A stretch of 64,000 nt of DNA from an uncultured archaeon. GTDB lineage: Archaea > Micrarchaeota > Micrarchaeia > Micrarchaeales > CABMGC01. This document shows positions 59,843 to 64,000 of the stretch, piece after piece. How positions within the stretch are numbered: position 1 is the stretch's first letter; the number at the start of each line of letters is the position of its first letter. A model generated the notes under the pieces. The model had not been told where the DNA came from. It did not search any database and saw nothing but the letters and a program-made list of their open reading frames with translations. The position numbers and the translations under genes were made by a program. The DNA lies in assembly GCA_963787445.1 (NCBI GenBank), contig CAWBCT010000005.1:320001-384000 (forward strand), given 5' to 3'.

Positions 59843-62800
59843 TCAACAAGTGTTTGGCGTGTAGTATATAATGGCGTAGTAGGTGCCTCCGACCGAGTTC
59901 TCTCCTCCGCCTCCGGCTTGCACCTGTGGTGAGCCGCTGCTGCCTGGATAATAAGTACTGCCCGCGTTTGCCGTGCAGGATGCGGACGAGGTGTGCACGT
60001 TTGTGCAGGTTGGCGTGGCCAGGGTGGAGGTGCAGGTCTGGGTGCCTGAGGTGAAGGCGCACTCGGAGTCGGACACAGAGCTTCCTCCCACTCCGGAATA
60101 GGCTGTGGCGTAGACCACAGAGCCGGAGTAGGTATTGTCATTGCCATAGGCAGTTGAGGTGATGGCTATGCTCGAGACGGTTCCGTAGCTGGCCAGGTTC
60201 GGGCTGACCGAGCTCCCCTGGTTGTTGCCGGTGCTGCCGGAGCCGTAGATGTTTCCAGACCAGGAGGGCACGTCAAACAGGAATGCAGAGGTGGCCTTGC
60301 AGGCGTAGTTTGCCTGTAGGGTTAGGGGGCCGTTTACGGTTGTTCCAGGATTGAGGCAGGCGGTGCCGCTTGAAAACGCTCCAGTCCATCCTGTGAATTG
60401 ATAGTTGCCACCAGGCCCGGAGTAGCAGGCAGAGGTTATGGTTGAGCCAGCGGCCACGGAGGCAGAGACCGAAGAGGTGCTGCCCGTGCTGGTGCAGACC
60501 TGGGAGGTGGAAGAGGTCGTGAAGCATGCGAAGTAATCGGCATCTGCGGCGCTTGGGCTAATCTGGAGCGTTACGGTGTAGTACTGTATGGTCGTGGTGG
60601 TGGAGGAGAAGGTGGATGAGGAGAGGGTGGATGAGGATGAGGAGAGGGTGGATGAGGAGAGGGTGGATGAGGAGAGGGTGGATGAGGAGAGGGTGGATGA
60701 GGATGAGGAGAGGGTTGAGGATGAGAGGGTGGATGAGCTGGACGAGCTGACTGTGGTGGATGAGACTGCGATCGTGGTGGTGGAGAAGAGGGTTGTGGAA
60801 ATTAGCGTGGTTGATGATGCGGGTGGAGAGCCCATCACAGTGACTACAGAGGATGCTGAGGCGGTTCCGGAAATGCTATCGGTCACAACCACACAATAAT
60901 CTGTGGTTACAGATAGCGGGCCTGGGGCATAGGTTTGTGATGTTGAGACTACCCCACCTCCACAGGAGTTTTTGTACCACTTGTAGGAGAAGGGGGGTGA
61001 TCCTCCCTGTGGATTTGAAGAGATCGGTGACGGTGTGTTACCATTTGGTATCGCCTGCATAGGCGGATTGACCATTACAGTCAGTGCAGGGAATACCATT
61101 AGCATGGCGGTAGCGGAGGCGGTTGCACCGGCCGCATCAGTCAGCAATAAACAGTATGATCCTTGTGCGGAGGCGGCGTAGGACTGGGAGGTTGCGAGTA
61201 CGGAGCCTGTGCAGCTGGGGCCATAATACCACAGGTAGCTATAGGGTGTTGTGCCTTGGGACGGGTTTGCTGTAAAGGTCTTGGTCTGGCCACCTTCTAT
61301 TGTGCCGGAGGTCGGCGAGACGCTGACCGATGGCGGGTTGTTTACAGAGAGAGTTGCGGAAGCGGTTGCGGTGGATGAAGTGGTATCTGTGACTGTTACG
61401 CAGTAGGAACCTGGTTGGGAGGCGGCGTAGGACTGGGAGGTTGCGAGCGGCGCGCCACCGCATCCACCCTGATACCATTGGTATGTGTAGGAGTTTGACC
61501 CTCCTGAAGGCACGGCCGTGAATTGATAGCTGTGCCCTATGTCTGTGGTCCCGGAAGAAGAAGGCGAGATGGATACCGACAAGGTGGGATATACGGTTAA
61601 GGTGGCGGTTGAAGATGCTGAGGAGCCAAGGTTATCGGTCGCTATTAAGCAGTAGGTTCCGGCTGAAGAGGTCATGTACATCGGCCCGCCGCCTACCTGA
61701 GACAGGCAGCCGGAGTTGCTATACCAGTTGAAGATGTAGAATCCGGAGCCGCCGGAGGCGGAGGCGGTGAAGGTCAGGGATTGCTGGCCCGTATCTATCG
61801 CTCCCGAAGATGGTGAGATGGATGCGGTTAACACAGGGTTTACGTTTACTACTGCAGTGCCTGTCGCGGTCGAAGAGAGGCTATCGGTCACCTTGACGCA
61901 GTAGGTTCCGGCTGAAGAGGCAACATACGGGGGTGAGGTTGCACCGCTTATGGGGGTTGTGCAGCCTGCGTTGCTGTACCACTGGAAAGTGTATCCCGGA
62001 GCCCCGCCGGATTGACTTGCATATAGAGGTTGGTTCTGGCCGCTGTCTATGTTTGATGAGGATGGTGAGACCAATACGGAGAGCGGGCTGTTTACCGTGA
62101 CAACAGAGGTTGCGGTCAGGCTTGATGAAAGGCTATCAGTCACCCTGACGCAGTAGGTTGCAGATGAAGAGGCGACGTAGGTGGAGGATGTTGCGCCGGA
62201 GATGGAGGTTGTGCAGCCGGAGTTGCTGTACCACTGGTAGGTGTAGCCTCCTGATCCGCCGGAAACAGAGGCGGTGAGGGTCTGGGTCTGGCCGCTGTCT
62301 ATGTTTGATGAGGATGGTGAGACCGACGCGGAGAACGCGCCGTTTACCGTGAGTGTAGCAGTTGCGGAGGCGGTTGAGGAGAGGCTGTCGGTCACCTTGA
62401 CGCAGTAGGTCCCGGAGACGGAAGCACCGTAGGTAGAAGAGGTTGCGCCTCCGATGGAGGTTGTGCAGGAGGGGTTGCTGTACCACTGGTATGAGTAGGA
62501 GCCGGAGCCGCCGGAGGGGGTTGCGGTGAGGGTCTTAGTCTGGCCGCTGTCTATGTTTGATGAGGATGGTGAGACCGATGCGGAAAGTGCGCCGTTTACC
62601 GTGAGTGTAGCAGTTGCGGAGGCGGTTGAGGAGAGGCTGTCGGTCACCTTGACGCAGTAGGTTGTGGAGGCAGAAGCACCGTAGGTAGAAGAGGTTGCGC
62701 CTCCGATGGAGGTTGTGCAGCCTGCGTTGCTGTACCACTGGTATGAGTAGGAGCCGGAGCCGCCGGAGGGGGTTGCGGTGAGGGTCTGGGACTGGCCGCT

Positions 62801-63742
62801 GTCTATGTTTGATGAGGATGGTGAGACCGATGCGGAAAGTGCGCCGTTTACCGTGAGTGTAGCAGTTGCGGAGGCGGTTGAGGAGAGGCTGTCGGTCACC
62901 TTGACGCAGTAGGTTGTGGAGGCAGAAGCACCGTAGGTAGAAGAGGTTGCGCCTCCGATGGAGGTTGTGCAGCCTGCGTTGCTGTACCACTGGTATGAGT
63001 AGGAGCCGGAGCCGCCGGAGGGGGTTGCGGTGAGGGTCTGGGACTGGCCGCTGTCTACGCTTGCAGAGGTCGGTGAAACTACGACCGTGAGTGGAATAAC
63101 AGTTGTGGTTGATGAGAGGGTTGAGGAGGAGAGGGTGGATGAGGAGAGGGTGGATGAGGAGAGGGTGGATGAGGAGGAGGTTGAAGAGGAAACTATGGAC
63201 GAAACCAGGGTTGTTGAACTGCTACCCAGGGTTGTGGATGCGGTAAATGGATGGATTGAAGGCGTGGAGACCACTGCCGTGCCTGCCGTGTTTACTGCGG
63301 GACCCGCTGCGCAGGAAGTGCTACATAGTTGGTATTGTATATAGAAAACGGGATTGAGCTGGGAGCCGGCCGGGGGCGTGAATCCCTGTATGTTTGAGGT
63401 GCATTGTGCGCTCTGTCCAGGAGCAAGTGTCGTTACGTTGCAGATTCCCTGATAATAACTGCTTGTTGAAGTCGGTGCAATGGTGTATCCGGTGAGCACT
63501 ATCGACTTTGTCTGGGTGTTGGTGAAGTAGGTTGTTATGGTTGAGCCTATTGAGTTGACTCCCACTATGGTTTGGTAGCAGTTAAGCTCCGGTGAGATGT
63601 AACAGTAGGAGGGGGTTACGGTGACCTGGTGCTGGGCCGTTGCGATCAGGACGACAGCAGAGAGGGCGACTATCATTATTATGACTGCCCAAGAGTATTG
63701 GATGAGGAACTCTGTTGCGGACTGCGCCCTTGGATTACGCAT
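59843..63742 (-). CDS. 1299-aa surface protein with class III (pilin-type) signal peptide and nine Ig-like repeats
   Basis: MRNPRA/QSATEFLIQYSWAVIIMIVAL; repeats containing Y.YQWY...C...YCV.VTD; S/T linkers. Confidence 0.88.
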   Translation of the reverse strand: MRNPRAQSATEFLIQYSWAVIIMIVALSAVVLIATAQHQVTVTPSYCYISPELNCYQTIVGVNSIGSTITTYFTNTQTKSIVLTGYTIAPTSTSSYYQGICNVTTLAPGQSAQCTSNIQGFTPPAGSQLNPVFYIQYQLCSTSCAAGPAVNTAGTAVVSTPSIHPFTASTTLGSSSTTLVSSIVSSSTSSSSTLSSSTLSSSTLSSSTLSSTTTVIPLTVVVSPTSASVDSGQSQTLTATPSGGSGSYSYQWYSNAGCTTSIGGATSSTYGASASTTYCVKVTDSLSSTASATATLTVNGALSASVSPSSSNIDSGQSQTLTATPSGGSGSYSYQWYSNAGCTTSIGGATSSTYGASASTTYCVKVTDSLSSTASATATLTVNGALSASVSPSSSNIDSGQTKTLTATPSGGSGSYSYQWYSNPSCTTSIGGATSSTYGASVSGTYCVKVTDSLSSTASATATLTVNGAFSASVSPSSSNIDSGQTQTLTASVSGGSGGYTYQWYSNSGCTTSISGATSSTYVASSSATYCVRVTDSLSSSLTATSVVTVNSPLSVLVSPSSSNIDSGQNQPLYASQSGGAPGYTFQWYSNAGCTTPISGATSPPYVASSAGTYCVKVTDSLSSTATGTAVVNVNPVLTASISPSSGAIDTGQQSLTFTASASGGSGFYIFNWYSNSGCLSQVGGGPMYMTSSAGTYCLIATDNLGSSASSTATLTVYPTLSVSISPSSSGTTDIGHSYQFTAVPSGGSNSYTYQWYQGGCGGAPLATSQSYAASQPGSYCVTVTDTTSSTATASATLSVNNPPSVSVSPTSGTIEGGQTKTFTANPSQGTTPYSYLWYYGPSCTGSVLATSQSYAASAQGSYCLLLTDAAGATASATAMLMVFPALTVMVNPPMQAIPNGNTPSPISSNPQGGSPPFSYKWYKNSCGGGVVSTSQTYAPGPLSVTTDYCVVVTDSISGTASASSVVTVMGSPPASSTTLISTTLFSTTTIAVSSTTVSSSSSSTLSSSTLSSSSSTLSSSTLSSSTLSSSTLSSSSSTLSSSTFSSTTTTIQYYTVTLQISPSAADADYFACFTTSSTSQVCTSTGSTSSVSASVAAGSTITSACYSGPGGNYQFTGWTGAFSSGTACLNPGTTVNGPLTLQANYACKATSAFLFDVPSWSGNIYGSGSTGNNQGSSVSPNLASYGTVSSIAITSTAYGNDNTYSGSVVYATAYSGVGGSSVSDSECAFTSGTQTCTSTLATPTCTNVHTSSASCTANAGSTYYPGSSGSPQVQAGGGGENSVGGTYYAIIYYTPNTC
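60600..60745. repeat. Intragenic 15-bp tandem repeats encoding (TLSSS)n
   Basis: GAGGAGAGGGTGGAT units, some with extra GAGGAT. Confidence 0.85.
60835..63095 (-). repeat. Nine intragenic repeats of about 252 bp (84 aa)
   Basis: Anchor C(G/A)GTCACC at 61885, 62137, 62389, 62641 and 62893 (period 252), plus four more diverged units. Confidence 0.92.
63110..63190. repeat. Second 15-bp (TLSSS)n repeat tract
   Basis: Same GAGGAGAGGGTGGAT unit. Confidence 0.8.
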
Positions 63743-63802
63743 GTGTATCTATTTATTCTATTTATTACTAATATTTATAAACATAGTGGAAGATTGGGAT
63801 TT

Positions 63803-64000
63803 ATGGTTCGCGTGTTTTTGGTGCATAAATGGGAGGGGAAGCCAGCAGATGACTGGTATCCATGGTTAAAAAAGATGTTGGAGGCAACTGGTTTCGAGGT
63901 GCATGTTCCTGAAATGCCCGACACAACTGCTCCGAAGATTGAGGAATGGATTAGTTTCCTTAATAATATCATAGCCAAGCCAGATGTTGACACGTATCTG
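63803..64000 (+). CDS. RBBP9/YdeN family alpha/beta hydrolase (partial, runs off window)
   Basis: MVRVFLVHKWEGKPADDWYPWLKK..GFEVHVPEMPD...PKIEEWISFL. Confidence 0.85.
   Translation, partial: MVRVFLVHKWEGKPADDWYPWLKKMLEATGFEVHVPEMPDTTAPKIEEWISFLNNIIAKPDVDTYL

Noticed and set aside
60588..60899. EDRV-rich ORF on the + strand (and the similar one at 63030-63344)
   Set aside because: Antisense translation of the Ser/Thr linker repeats
60600..63190. Possible CRISPR array or diversity-generating retroelement repeats
   Set aside because: Repeats are in-frame and tandem with no unique spacers; no cas or reverse transcriptase gene in the window
63621..63993. Tracked ORFs 63621-63869 (+) and 63775-63993 (-)
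   Set aside because: The region is better explained by the surface-protein start, a divergent promoter and the partial hydrolase gene from 63803

Overview
Archaeal chromosomal window, most consistent with a DPANN archaeon, probably Micrarchaeota (inferred from split rpoB, bacterial-type gyrase plus TopoVI-B, an unlinked 23S, a tRNA intron in the T-loop and fragmented core operons). It is mostly housekeeping: tyrS, cysS, trpS, ftsZ-secE, PCNA, trm1, fen1, gyrBA, top6B, Lhr helicase, KEOPS kae1/bud32, tuf-rps10, rpl30-rpl15, rpoH-B''-B'-A'-A'', H+-PPase, a VapBC pair, several lineage-specific membrane proteins and a 1299-aa pilin-signal protein with nine Ig-like repeats. Reading the DNA revealed items missing from the ORF track: the 3' part of a tRNA-Ser with a 14-nt bulge-helix-bulge intron at 59/60, a twin-guide box C/D sRNA just upstream of a histone-fold gene, an ATA-start cupin gene, a CTG-start eL41 gene and two other small ORFs. 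The most unusual signals are many substitutions in normally near-invariant 23S functional centres, a Chlamydia-type class Ic (Mn/Fe) ribonucleotide reductase, and divergent RNA polymerase active-centre motifs. No CRISPR array, transposase or integrase was seen. All family calls are from motif recognition by eye, not database searches.
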